A stretch of DNA of 55,041 bases from Saprolegnia diclina VS20 (lineage: Eukaryota), in assembly GCF_000281045.1 (NCBI RefSeq), contig NW_008246080.1, positions 515,887-570,927 on the forward strand, in the 5' to 3' direction. The notes under the pieces are model-generated. The model made no database searches. It was not told where the DNA came from and saw nothing but the letters and a program-made list of their open reading frames with translations. The translations under genes and the position numbers were made by a program. Position 1 is the stretch's first letter. Every line of letters begins with the position of its first letter. Shown piece by piece: positions 11,954 through 23,865 of the stretch.

Positions 11954-13087
11954 CTATGCGACTTGCTTGGCAAACTTGGACGGGTACGGCTTCTCGAGGT
12001 ACTCGGCGATGAGTACGGCGTTGAGTGCGGCGCCGCGGAGGAGCTGGTCGCCCGAGACAAACAGGTCCAGACCGTGCTCCTCAAAGACGATGCTCTGGCG
12101 CACGCGGCCGACTTCAATGTTGTACTTGGACGTGGCGTTCAGAGGCATCGGGTACTTGTTGGCCAAGGGCTCATCGACAACGTCGACGCCGTCGGCCTGG
12201 CGCAGTAGCGCGCTACATACCATCAAACGCGTCAGATTGTTTCCGGTAGCTAAGACACCACGTACAGGGCATCGGCGGGCGCGATCGGGCGCTTGGTCTG
12301 GATCGTAATCGCCTCCGAGTGCGCACGCAAGATCGGGATACGCACGGCCGTGCAGCTGATCTTCATGTTGGCTTCGTCAAAGATCTTGTTGGTCTCCCAC
12401 GTCACCTTCATCTCTTCCTTCGTGTACCCGTTGGGCTGGAAGACGTCAATGTGCGGAATCACGTTGAACGCCAGCGGATGCGCAAACACCTTGTGGGATG
12501 GCGAGGCGCCTGCGAGTGCGTCCTTGGTCGTGTTGAGCAGCTCGTCCATGCCCTCGACGCCGGCGCCGCTCGCGGCCTGGTACGTCGACACGATCATCTT
12601 TTCGATGCCATAGTGGCAGTGCAGCGGCCAGAGCGCCATGACCGCAATCGCCGTCGTGCAGTTGGGGTTCGCAATCAGCCGCTTCGAGCCAATGGACGCG
12701 CCGTTGATCTCGGGGATCACAAGCGGGACAGCTGGCTGCATGCGGAACGCCGACGAGTTGTCAATGACAACCGCACCGCCAGGCGCCGCAATCGCCTCGG
12801 CGTGCTCCAGCGCAAACGAGCCAGATACCGCGAGGAAGACATAGTCCATGGCCCGCGCGGCCTCGACCGTGAAGAGCTGGACCTCGGACGGCCCGAACGG
12901 CGTCTCGACGACCTTGCCCGCCGAGCGCGCCGAGGCGAAGAGGTGCACGCTCGTGACGGCAAACTTGCGGTCATGGAGGACAGCGAGGATCTCCTGCCCG
13001 ACGGCGCCCGTGGCGCCCACGATACCAACCTAGATGACGAGCTTGAGCGCCAGCAGCCAGACGAGCCGGCCTGTATACCTTGACCAT
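11954..13087 (-). CDS. asd: Aspartate-semialdehyde dehydrogenase, 2 introns
   Basis: [19 protein letters not shown](P)-binding motif, IDNSSAFRM, catalytic [27 protein letters not shown] and [17 protein letters not shown]. Confidence 0.95.
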
Positions 13088-13096
13088 CCTGCTTGC

Positions 13097-13113
13097 GAAA
13101 AATCTGAAAATGG
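13097..13113 (-). promoter_or_regulatory. Oomycete Inr + FPR core promoter of asd, with two upstream CCAAT boxes (~13141-13149, ~13170-13178)
   Basis: The minus strand reads CCATTTTCAGATTTTTC, matching the oomycete consensus CATTYBNNNWTTY, 10 nt above the ATG. CCAATCACA occurs twice further upstream. Confidence 0.6.
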
Positions 13114-14925
13114 GATCGCACGGCTTGCAGCAGCGCCATTTGTGATTGGGCCATCGGGTCATGCTCGCGTGTGATTGGACAAAAGTAGGTGCGCCATCTA
13201 ATTCTTATGGCGCAAACTCGGATCTTGTGGCGACGCCGTCGACGGGCTCGACGATTGACTGGACATGTGACCGCCTACAGGCAGCCACGAGATGCGAGGT
13301 CAAAGCCACCAGAAGCTTGCAATGTGCTTGGCAAAATGCGCGGCGCCATGACCTGATCAAACGTTGGACGCAACGTCGTGTTGTCCACGCCACACCAAAG
13401 CGCTACGACGGCGGAGGTATCACATACTAGTAGGTTTTGAGTTCACTCGGCGCAGAGACCCATTAACGACTGTGTGTCTACTTGGCCTTGGCGTCACGAG
13501 ACTCGGCTCCGTGGGCGATGTTGCCTTATATATATGAACGTGTTTCGCGAAATCTTCAAAATTACACGAAGCCTTGGCATACGTAGAGACTAGCAATCTC
13601 CTTCTTCATTCGCTCGCCGGGCCGTAGCTACGCAGGCGGCGGCTCGTCTGGCTCTTCTGTCGTCGCCCTACGACGCTTGTGGCCACGGGAGAGGCACTGG
13701 ACGACACGGTCGGTAAATTCTTTCCAGGAGGCGCGGTCGGCGGCAAAGCTACGCAGTTTGTCAAGGTCATCGGGAGACGCCAGCGACTGGAGACTGTCGC
13801 ATTCGTCTCATTCCTAGTTGAAGCTGCACTGTTTCCGGAGGAAGACAACGTCCAGTGTGCGTGTGCTGCCTGGAGACAAGGGTCCAGACAGCTACTGCAA
13901 GATCTCTCCAGCAAGGGTATTTCATCTCTTATATACCCTTGCTGGAGAAATCTTGCAGTCGCGGTCGGGACATGGAGCCTGTCAAAAACGTATGCCGAGA
14001 GATCGCTTGCGTGGCGATGCCTCGGACCAACGGGCGCGCTGCAGAAGCACTGCGGGGCGTAGTACACTGCTGTCGGTCCGCTGTGACTGTGACGTAATGG
14101 CGCGCCGACGTCGGACTGCCATATTCCGACGCTACACCACACGGGGCCCATGGCCTCTGCGCTCGTCGTAGCGCAAGCTCGTGGACACTCACGGTGGTTG
14201 CACACGCGGCTGGTATCCTCATCCAAGTGCACTTGCTGCCGAGCGCCGTCATCGCTAAAGGCGGCGAGAGGACGCAAAGAGCCGACTACAACCCACGTCA
14301 AGTCGTTTCTTCGGCGCGGCACGGCGACGGGGCACATGAGGTGGCGGTGCCATGGACACGGCCGCTGCGCGACAGTGCACCTGGATGTCGGCCCTTCTTT
14401 CTCCGGCGCGAACCGTCGTCCGTACATTCAGCGCCCTGCGTATCTACCCACTGCCGTCGCTGGCCAAGAATGGGCGTCGACGGGCATCGCTTGGATGATG
14501 ATGGTGGCGCCACGTTTTCTCATGCTGGATTCGTTTACACCAATTGGGTGCATTAGGCTTAACTTCAACGAAGGAATAGTGTGCTAGGGAACCGACACAA
14601 TGACGTCGACACTGTTCGGCGCTGTACGTCAACGCTGCGGCATACGACAACTTTCTTCGACGTTTTGGGCCTTCTTGTCGTCGTGGTCATTCGAGGTTAG
14701 CTTCTCGGACCCATTCGGCGACCGCTTGAGATCGGCAGTCCGGCAATCTAAAATAGTATGCAACCGTATTGGTGTTGAGTATAAAAATACAATTCGATGA
14801 TGTGCAAACTGAAACGATAATTTACATATTAATGTGATCCTATACAAACTATAGGCTAGAATAAAATTTAAAGTAAAATACCCATTTTGCTGCCGCAACA
14901 CGTTGACAAGACAAAGCGCCGACCG

Positions 14926-16335
14926 ATGGCCGGCGAACATGGGACGGCCACGCGCTTCGTCGAGGGCCGGAGCTTTGTCTCCTCATGGAACCACCTCTGC
15001 TCCATGGTGCTCAACGTCTATGGCCACGCGGCCGTCGTCCAAGCGCTCGCCGCCATGAGCCTGGCGGTCCTGTACCTCTACGTGCAAGGGCATGCGGTCG
15101 TCGACTTGAGCGTCTACGATGCTGTCGTCGTTGACCACGCAATCGCCGGTCTTGGCCTCTCGTTCCCCATCGGCTACGTTGTTTTGCTCAACCTCTACTA
15201 CTCGGACGTGCACGACGCGCTCGGCGCCTCGCTCCTCCTCTTGCGCGTCACGTCGTGCTGCATCATGGGCGTCGCACTAACGATCTTCCTCGCCGAGTAC
15301 TTCACGCGCCGGATCCTCATCTCGCTCGTCCTCTTTGGTTACGGCGCGTGGGGCTTCTTCTATGCGTGGAGCGTGCCCATTTGGCGCTGGTACATGTACG
15401 ACGTGTGCGAGCACGGGCTCATGGCGTATCTCCCCGAGAGTCTGCAGACAATGCTGCTTCAAACGACGCTGCTCGAGTGGCTCACGGACACGTCGTTCTT
15501 TGACAGCATGCAAAAGTACTTGCCGTTCCTCATGCCACTCTCGCTCGCCGAGCAGCAGCGCGTCGTGCGCAGTCTCCCGGCCGACGACCAAGCGCGGCTG
15601 CTCAAACCAGGTCTCCTCCATTTGTTGCCCGAGACGGTGCAAGAGACGTTGCTGCCCGAGACAACATCGGAGCATAGTGGCGAGATCATTGTGCGCCATC
15701 GGCCGTCGTCGGCGGTTGTCGCCCAGTCGACCCCGAGCTACTCGTTCGGCTTTGACTTTGCAGCCGCCACGACCACGCCGCCAAAGGACGACCCGACGAT
15801 TCTTGCTGACTTGATCAACGCGCGTGTTGCCTCGTACACTGCTTCTATATCGTATGCAGCGTTCTCACGAGTGGGTCGTAGGACCATCCAGCAAGTGGTC
15901 GCACTACCGTCGCCAAAGCTTGTGAACCGGACGGCGGCCATCTCGTCCTGCCTCTTTGTCTTCCAGGTACTCGAGAAATTATGCTGCGCAACGGACGCCA
16001 ACGCGTGTTTGTAGCTCACGCGGTCGGCCAAGGCCCGCGCTCAGTTTTTCATTCTTTGCCGCGTCGTTCTGCTCTCCGTGCTTGGGACTGTGGCGTGTGC
16101 GTCCGTGTCGGTGCGCTGCCTCCAGCTCCTCGCCGCCCTGCCCCGGTCGTCGCAGCGCTACCTCCAGTACGCCCAACAGCTCTTGCTGCAACAGCCCTCC
16201 GTGCTCCGACTACGCCACGCCAAGGACAGCCATGGCGACGACGAGGACAAGCATCGGTCGCGCTGGGCCACCGTGTCCAAGTCGGTCCTTGCTGCTGTCG
16301 CCATTGGCTATGGGCTGCGCAAGCTCCAGCGCTAA
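14926..16335 (+). CDS. Hypothetical multi-pass membrane protein, ~2 introns
   Basis: GC3-rich ORF with 4 or more hydrophobic segments in the N-terminal part, GTAC..TAG introns near 15834-15881 and 15967-16014, and a final exon ending GYGLRKLQR*. Confidence 0.7.
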
Positions 16336-16710
16336 TCTGTAACCACCAAGTCGTAGAGATGCCACTTACTTCGTGTGCACATGCCACTTTAACATCACAA
16401 GTCGCTGCCGCCGGCGGTGGAGGTGGATGGTGGCGGTTGAACGACACAACTCTGGCCAGCGATCACATCTTCCATGGCGCCAGCATGACCTGCTGGCCTC
16501 ATCTAGCCCATCCCATGCACTAGTTGATATGGATCAGCTGAGCCCATGCTGCCACCGTACTCGCCGAGCCCCGCGGCCGATCGTGCTGGGCTGTTGCGCA
16601 CGCATTTATTTGCCTTTTCGCAAAAATCTTTCGATGCAATCCGGTTACGATCCCTCGGCCTTCGAATCCGGATGCCTGCACGACAATCATTCTCGACCGC
16701 TTGAGCGACG

Positions 16711-17482
16711 ATGGCAGCCGACATGGCCGTGACCGAGGTCGAGACCGCGATCACGCGGCTCGGGCGCATCACGAGCGATATCAAGACCAAGACGTCGCTC
16801 TTTGGGACACCGCAGGACACACGTGCCAACCACGACCAGCTCAATGCGCTCGCCAAGGAAGGCAACGACTCGGTGCAGATGCTTCGCAAGCAGCTGCAGA
16901 GCCTCTCGAGCGCCACGTCGACTGCCAACAAGAGCGCCGTGCGCAAGCTCTCCAAGGGCTTCCAAGCGCAAGTTACTGCGTTTGAGCAGGCGTGCAGCAG
17001 CATGGTCGCGTCCGAAAAGTCGGCGGTCGAGCTCATTCGGAGAACGTCAACGAAGCTGGACCCGTCCGCGCAAGACGGCCTCGCGTGCAACGAAGACCAG
17101 CTCTACGCGCAAGCCCAAGTGAGCGTTTACAACGAAGACGGTGCGACGAGATGCTATCTTGGCCGAGGTGCGATCGCGTGTAGATCTTGTGCGGCGCGAA
17201 GAAGACATCGTCAAGATCAACCACCAGCTGCGCGAGATCAAGGCCGCGTACGAAGAAGTGGGCGGTCTCCTCGAAGACCAGAAAGACGTTGTGAGTACGA
17301 CCAACGAAATCTGATTGCTTTGGACGAGGCTAAGATATGCGATCTATGGTATAGTTGAAATCGCCAACAACACCGAGGCCGCCCGCGAGAATGCGCGCGA
17401 TGGGCTCGAGAATGTCCAGCAAGCCGACAAGAAGACGGGCTACTGCACGTGCACGTGCTGCTATCTCTGCACGATCATGTGA
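16711..17482 (+). CDS. Qa-SNARE syntaxin (Syx7/Pep12-like) with a Cys-rich CaaX C-terminus; introns 17141-17183 and 17295-17354
   Basis: Habc region with the FGTPQDT motif; SNARE motif RREEDIVKINHQLREIKAAYEEVGGLLEDQKDVVIEIANNTEAARENARDGLENVQQA; ends KKTGYCTCTCCYLCTIM*. Confidence 0.8.
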
Positions 17483-17846
17483 TCACAAAGGCGCCGGGCT
17501 GCTTACGCATTTTCATTCCTACTCGAATTCAATCGATTGCCATGGCATGCTGCGTCGATCTGGTGAGGAGGAGGACCTTGGCGTCGATGCTGCGTCTCTA
17601 CGCGCCACCTACGTCCATGGGCCTGCCGTCGGTCGACGTGCATGGACAGCAGCTAAGGCCATGGACCATCGGTTTGGTCGGCGCGGTGGTTGTCGACGAC
17701 GACGGTTCAAGATCCACCGCATGGTTTTTGACCCAATAAACGTATTTAACGCAAAAGGTCGTCCTCGGTTTCGAACGCGTCTTTTTCGACGATGGGTTGT
17801 TTAAACAGGTGGTAATCCACACAACACCCTTGGAACAAGCCGGACG

Positions 17847-19482
17847 ATGGACCTCGACACAGCGCTCGACGCCGCGACCGACAAGGCCTCGCCCGAGGGC
17901 GACAGCCTCGCGCGCAAGGTGCTCACGCAGTCCATGCGCCTCACGCACCACGAGAACAATGCGTCGATCGCCGACGCGAGCACGTACTCGCCGCAGGCGC
18001 CGTGGACGCCCAAGTCGCTCGGGCGGGCCAAGAGCGCAATCGTCTACCGCGTACGTCTCTTATGCTGCCTGTCGCTCATGCATATCCTGGTGCTAGCAAA
18101 CGCTCAACGACAATCTCATGTTCCTCGAGCGCAACATCTTCTTCTTCCGCGAATGGCACATGCGCTTCGTCTCGCTCCAGGACGACCACATCCTCATCTA
18201 CTCGTGCCGAGAAAAATGGGAGCAAGGCGACCCGCCTGACAAGGTGCTCGCTGCCTCTGCAGCGTCGTTCTCATAGGACGCGTAGGTCGTGCGACTGAAC
18301 CCGACCATGTTTCTGAGCCACATGCGCGTCGACGTCGAGGAGAGCCACTCGTACGCTGGCGAGACGACGCGCCTCTTCCGGCGCAAGCTCCTCGAGACCG
18401 ACGAGCTCGACGAGGTCCCATGCCTTGCATCATGTCTCGTCTCAACGCCAATCTAGTGGATCAACGACGAGCTGCGCCAAGGGCTCGTGGTGGACGCGAC
18501 GGGCAGCAACGTCAACGCGACGTTCAGCAACAACCCCGAGGCCAGCGCGCGGACCGTACTCGAGTTCGCGACGACCAACCAGAGCACGTTCGAGCTCTGG
18601 TCCAAGGTCATTCGCCGCGCGCTGCAGAGCCAGAAGGAGACGGCAGCACCGAGTACGACCGATGACCACATCAACAACAATGGCCGTCGCCGCAATTCGT
18701 CATCGTACTCGGACGACGCAAGCAGTGAGGCCGTGCGCCGGGGCGCGTCCGATTGGATCTCGCCGGGCCACGACTGCCGCGTCACGCTGCACCAAAGCGA
18801 AGTGTGGTGCAACCGCGTCACGGGCTCGACCGAGACGGACAAGGCCGAGTCCGAGTTTCGCCGCATTGTCGCGATGGAGAAGCTCGTCGCGCAGGTCACG
18901 GGGCCGCCGATGGCGCTGCTCGTCTACGAAAAAGTGAGCCGCGTCCACGAGCTCTTTGCGGCCAACAGCCGGCGCGAGATCGAGTCGGGGACCTCGCCCC
19001 TTGGCCATGACGCCGCCTTGACTCCCGACGTGCTGCACTTCTTTGCCGACCACCTCAAGCGCAAGTACGCAGTGTTTCTTATCCTGGCGCTCGCGCATGG
19101 CATTGCGGAAGAGTACATCCGAGAGGCGCACGAGCGCATGTGTGAGGAGAATGAAGCGACGTTTGCAGGCGTCGGCGCGGGCACCGGCGACGAGCTCCAG
19201 GCGGTGCCCGATGGCCAGTATGGCTTTGCCGACGACGCGTCGATCGACTTGTACGACAAGTACCGCACCGCAGCGCTCAACTACTATCGCATGAACTATG
19301 GCGACCCGTCCGCGGCCGAAGAGGAAGACGCGATCATGCACCTGCCCGTGATGCTCCACGTCGCCCTGCTTCGGCAAGAGCGCGACGAAGCGTCGGCGCT
19401 GCTCGAGATCCTCCAGACCGTCAAGCGCCGCCTCTTGGAGCACACGGCGTCCGAGGCTGCGTCCAACAATGATACGACTTGA
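17847..19482 (+). CDS. Hypothetical protein with a PH-like N-terminal region, ~3 introns
   Basis: Spliced reading LMFLERNIFFFREWHMRFVSLQDDHILIYS...VLEFATTNQSTFELWSKVIRRAL resembles the start and end of a PH domain; the last exon is long and GC3-rich. Confidence 0.65.
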
Positions 19483-19518
19483 CCAAATGATGGTGCAGTA
19501 AGATAGCAATGCTGTGCT

Positions 19519-20007
19519 CTATGGCATCGTGCTTCCTCCAGCGACGCCGTTGGCAGCGATCTGCACGTGGAGGTCTTGCACGAGCCGGCGAAAGCCAGGA
19601 TCGTACATGAACATGGACGCCATCTCGTCGCGCGACAAGGGCGCGTCGTCGGTAGTGGCAGGCATGGCCGCAGCGGCGGGCAGCAGGCGGCAGTTGGGAA
19701 ACCGGATGCGGAGCTGGGCGATGCATGCGTCGACGCCGACGCTGTCTGCGAAGCGAACGCTACACACAGGCTGTAGAAAACCGAGACAACGAGGTGGATG
19801 ATGAGGGATGTACGTTGTCTCGTGGGCGTTGGGGAGGTAGAGCCGGAGGAGCCGTCGCTTCGGGACGAGGTGGTCGGGCGCGGGAAGACGCTGGCCCGCG
19901 ATGGCCACGCCGTCCGCGTCGATGCGCAAAAGCACCTTCTTCCGGAGCGCTTGCAGCCCGCGTGGGCCATGCTGGACGAGCTGGACGCGGAAGGTCGACG
20001 TGTCCAT
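19519..20007 (-). CDS. Small hypothetical protein, possibly REC114/PHS1-like; probable in-frame intron 19813-19760
   Basis: GC3-rich ORF containing TVRFADSVGVDACIAQL and a C-terminal EMASMFMYDPGFRRLVQDLHVQI. Confidence 0.55.
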   Translation of the reverse strand: MDTSTFRVQLVQHGPRGLQALRKKVLLRIDADGVAIAGQRLPAPDHLVPKRRLLRLYLPNAHETTYIPHHPPRCLGFLQPVCSVRFADSVGVDACIAQLRIRFPNCRLLPAAAAMPATTDDAPLSRDEMASMFMYDPGFRRLVQDLHVQIAANGVAGGSTMP

Positions 20008-21398
20008 GGCGAGATAGCGATTGGCAGAAATGGACCGCGAATCTTTGGCACACGCGAATGAAACCGCATGAAATTCCGTCTTTTGCGCCAATCGCCTACC
20101 GCGTACGCCAGGAACCAAGGAAGATCGCTCGCATCCTGCCGAAGGCGAAGCTACTTGTTGCGCTGCACGATCACACGCCCGTGGACGGACGGGGCCCAAC
20201 TTCAAGCAGACTTAAAATTGGCGGCAGCGAGCACCACATGCTGCCACGTATACGCCCATGTGTAACCCTTGGCAGTTTGGGCGTCTAAAGGCGAGGCGAC
20301 GAACTGGAAATGATAGCCCTCCAGACGAGACGGCTCCAGAGCTCCAGAAGCCGCACTGATTTCGGCTCGTCGACGTGGGCTTTCGCAGCGTAGTAGCTTG
20401 GGTGCGCAATCAGATGCAAACTGCGACCGCTGACCAGATCCAGATTGCTACGAGAAATACCAGACGCCGCCTCGATCCAGGCCAGTGCGACAACGACAAC
20501 ACACAAGGCCAAGGTCCTCGCACCTGGTATCGCAGGCAGTGCGTACGTACTCCCGTCATCAACGGCGCCACGTGCAGGTTTGTGCTCGTGAGAATATTAA
20601 TATTGGATATTGGGCTGCAATAATATAAATGGACGTGAAATATTCTACGATAGCGTTGGCATGGCGGTTCGAATCTGTTCCAGTGCGGACAATCCGATTA
20701 TAATATCCGACGAATTTAAATATAACTTTTATTATTATGGCGGGCGGAGGTCTGGTCGGAGATCAAATGGTATGCTGAAAAGCGAAATATAGTGTGATAT
20801 GTGGTGCATAGATGCTGCACCGCGGGCCATTGAAGCACGCCGTCGCATTTATCGCTGCAGCTGCACTCGCGAGTCTTGCGATCCGCGAAGATCCTAGTAT
20901 AAACGCACCGAGCAACACGGACACCACGGCATCTACTGCTTCAAATGCGGGATTTCCACGTGTCAAAAACTCTCAGCTCTGCAAAATGGCCCGTTTACGG
21001 GCCATCAGGCGGCAAATCCTGCAAATCACGCGCAGTTCAGGAGGGCCTTGCGCACGTCCCGGCAAGTGTCTCGGATATTCGCCTTTGTTGCGTGGGCCCT
21101 TCAGATACTTGCGGGTCCTCGCCAGCATGATGTCGCAGGCCCATCTCGCGTCTCTCCATGCGCGTTCGATCTTCTACGGTATGCGCGTCCACACTATTTG
21201 CGTTGGGTTTGAATATTATATTGGCGTCGGTTGAAAAACGATCAAATTAATATTCCTCGAAAGAGGCCAGTTTGAAAGTATTACGCACGCCATACAAAAA
21301 CCAAGAGAAATAAAATAAAGTCGTGTCGCACCTATACATACAGGAAGCGAGGAGGCCGGGCCACTTCCGGATCCTCCGACAACAGACGCAGACGCAGC

Positions 21399-23865
21399 AT
21401 GGGCGGGTCCGCAGCCGCGCGCAGCTCCGAGATGGAGCTTGGCACCGAGTCCATCTCGATGGGACTGCACTCTTTCGAAGACATCATGGACACGGACTGG
21501 GAAGGCTACATCTGGAAGCAAGGCCATGTCGTGCGCAACTGGCGCAACCGCTACGCCGTCCTGTCGGGCACGTGCTTTACCTACTACGCGTCCAAGGAGG
21601 CCGCGTCCGCCGACCTCGAAAAGTACAAGGGCCGCGTGACCGTCACCGGCGCCAAGAAGGACCCGAGCCGCAGCAATGGCTTTGTCGTGACAACGTCGAT
21701 CGACAAGCTCTTTACCATGTACACGAAAACGCCGATCGAGACCGAGCTCTGGATCCGCATGATTGAGAAGGCCGTGCAGAACGAGTACATGCACTCGACG
21801 CTGCTGCCGCCGGCGATGCCCGACACGGTCGGCGAACTCTCGGCCACGCAGCCGCTGCCATCGTCGCTCTTGACGCTCACAGGCAACAACTTGAGCTTGA
21901 GCTTCAACGGCCGCACGAGCAACACGGCGATGAACGCGTCGCAGGCTGGAAGGCTCTCGCTCGGGAGCGCGCTGCCGTACAACGGTCGTCTCTCAGTGAG
22001 CACCGCGAGCTTTAGCGCGGCCATGGCGCCGCCCTCGATCCGGTCGTCGATCGACTGGAAGAACCGCAACGTGTCGACAACGACCCACTTTTACAACCTC
22101 TGGTCGACGTGCATCTCCAACTACGAGCGCAAGATGCAGGAGCCGAACACGCTCTGCAACGAGCTCCTCGCGCTCTTTCCGCTCTGCTCGATGGACGTAG
22201 TCGCAAGCCTCCACTTCCCCGTGCCCTTCATGCCGTCGTCGGTCTTCTATGGCCGCGAAGGGCTTGTGGACATGATGTTTGGCCTCGCGCAGTGCGTCTC
22301 GATCGCCGACATGAGCGTCCACCGCGTGCTCTTGAGCTCGCGCCCGAACGTTATCCTCGCGTCCGGACGGAGCAAGCTCACGAACCGCCACCTGAAAAAG
22401 ACGTTCGACTGCGAATGGAAGGACGAGGTCACCTTGTCACCCGGTGGCCGCGTGCTCAGCGTCAAGATGTACATGGAGGTTGACCCGCAAGCGTTCTACA
22501 CGTCCGACTCGGACGAGCGCGTCTCGCGCCTCAAGCAGAGTCTTCGCGCGACTGCGACCAAGCGTGTGCTGTCGCTCTCGATGCAGCACTTTACCGTCAA
22601 GAAGGTGCTCGGCCAAGGCACGTTTGGCACGGTACGGTCGTTTGTATCAACGTATCAAGACGCTCATGGTCTTGCTACGATTAGGTGGTACTCACGGAGC
22701 GCAAGACAACCGGCGAAATCTTTGCGATCAAGATCCTCGACAAGAACTCCATGTCGACGTACGACAAGGTCCGGACGCGCACCGAAATGCGCATCCTCCG
22801 CGACGTCTACCACCCGTTCATTGCGCCGCTCCGGTACGATTTTGTATCAATGTTTCAAGTCGAGACTCATGGACATATTGTAGGTTTTCGTTCCAGAGCA
22901 ACTCGCGCGTCTTTCTGGGCATGGAGTACTATCCGGGTGGCAGTCTCTACGTGCACATGAACAAGTTCTCGGAGGACGGCGACCAGCGCATCAAGCTGCC
23001 GATCGACATGGCGCGCATCAAGTTTTACGCGGCGCAGCTCGTCCTCGCCTTGTGTCATCTCCACGCGTGCGACATTGTGTACCGCGACCTCAAGCCCGAC
23101 AACATTATGCTCGACAAGGACGGCAACGTGGCCCTTGTCGACTTTGGCCTGAGCAAAACCAATGTCCGGTCGCTTGAAGGGGCGCGGACGATGGCCGGGT
23201 CGCCAGCGTATACGGCGCCCGAGCTCCTCAAGCCCAAGCGCAACCGCGAGTACGGCAAGGCCGTCGACTGGTGGTGCCTTGGCATCCTCTTGTACGAGAT
23301 GATGTTTGCCCGTCGGCCGTTCCACCACCCGAACGTCTCGGTGTTGTACCGGCTCATTGACAAGGACCCGGTCAAGTTTCCGAGCCGCCTCCCGATCGCG
23401 CACGAGGCCAAGTCGCTCATTGTTGGGCTCTTGGAGAAGGACCCGACGAAGCGCCTCGGTGCGCACCACGCGTCCGACATCCTCGTCCACCCGTTCTTCA
23501 AGGGCGTGGCGTGGGACCAAGTGCTGAAGAAGAAGATTACGCCGCCGTGGAAGCCCGACATGAGCAAGGAGCTGCCGACGTCGCGCCGCACCAACACGGA
23601 CCTCGGGCGCATTGTCCAGAGCAAGACGCCGGCGGCAACGGCCTCGAGCTTTTTCAACATTTTTGGCTGGCGACCAATGGAGACGCTCGCGCGCCGCCAG
23701 GAGAAGCTCCAGGCGCAGCAGCAGAGTATGCAGAACGACTTTGGCCACTTTAGCTACGTCTGCGACTCGACGCCGTCGTTCCTTGTCGACGAAGATGAGA
23801 TGCTCGACTCTGCGTTCAGCGGCCGGCGGAGCGTCCAACTGGAAGCGCTCGCGATCGAAGCCTGA
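21399..23865 (+). CDS. AGC-family Ser/Thr kinase with an N-terminal PH domain and a central NTF2/SnoaL-like segment; introns 22632-22684 and 22834-22883
   Basis: PH motif EGYIWKQGHVVRNWRNRY...LWIRMIEKA; kinase motifs LGQGTFG, FAIKIL, YRDLKPDN, DFG, APE and VDWWCLG; AGC hydrophobic motif FGHFSY. Confidence 0.92.
22632..22684 (+). repeat. Intron carrying the shared core TTTGTATCAAYGTWTCAAGWCG (copy 1)
   Basis: gtacggtcgTTTGTATCAACGTATCAAGACGctcatggtcttgctacgattag; removing it restores GTFGT|VVLTERK. Confidence 0.7.
22834..22883 (+). repeat. Intron carrying the shared core (copy 2)
   Basis: gtacgatTTTGTATCAATGTTTCAAGTCGagactcatggacatattgtag; removing it restores HPFIAPLR|FSFQS. Confidence 0.7.

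Noticed and set aside
13606..14427. 273-aa minus-strand ORF, possible gene relic
   Set aside because: Weak codon bias, no domain motif and no clear start context.
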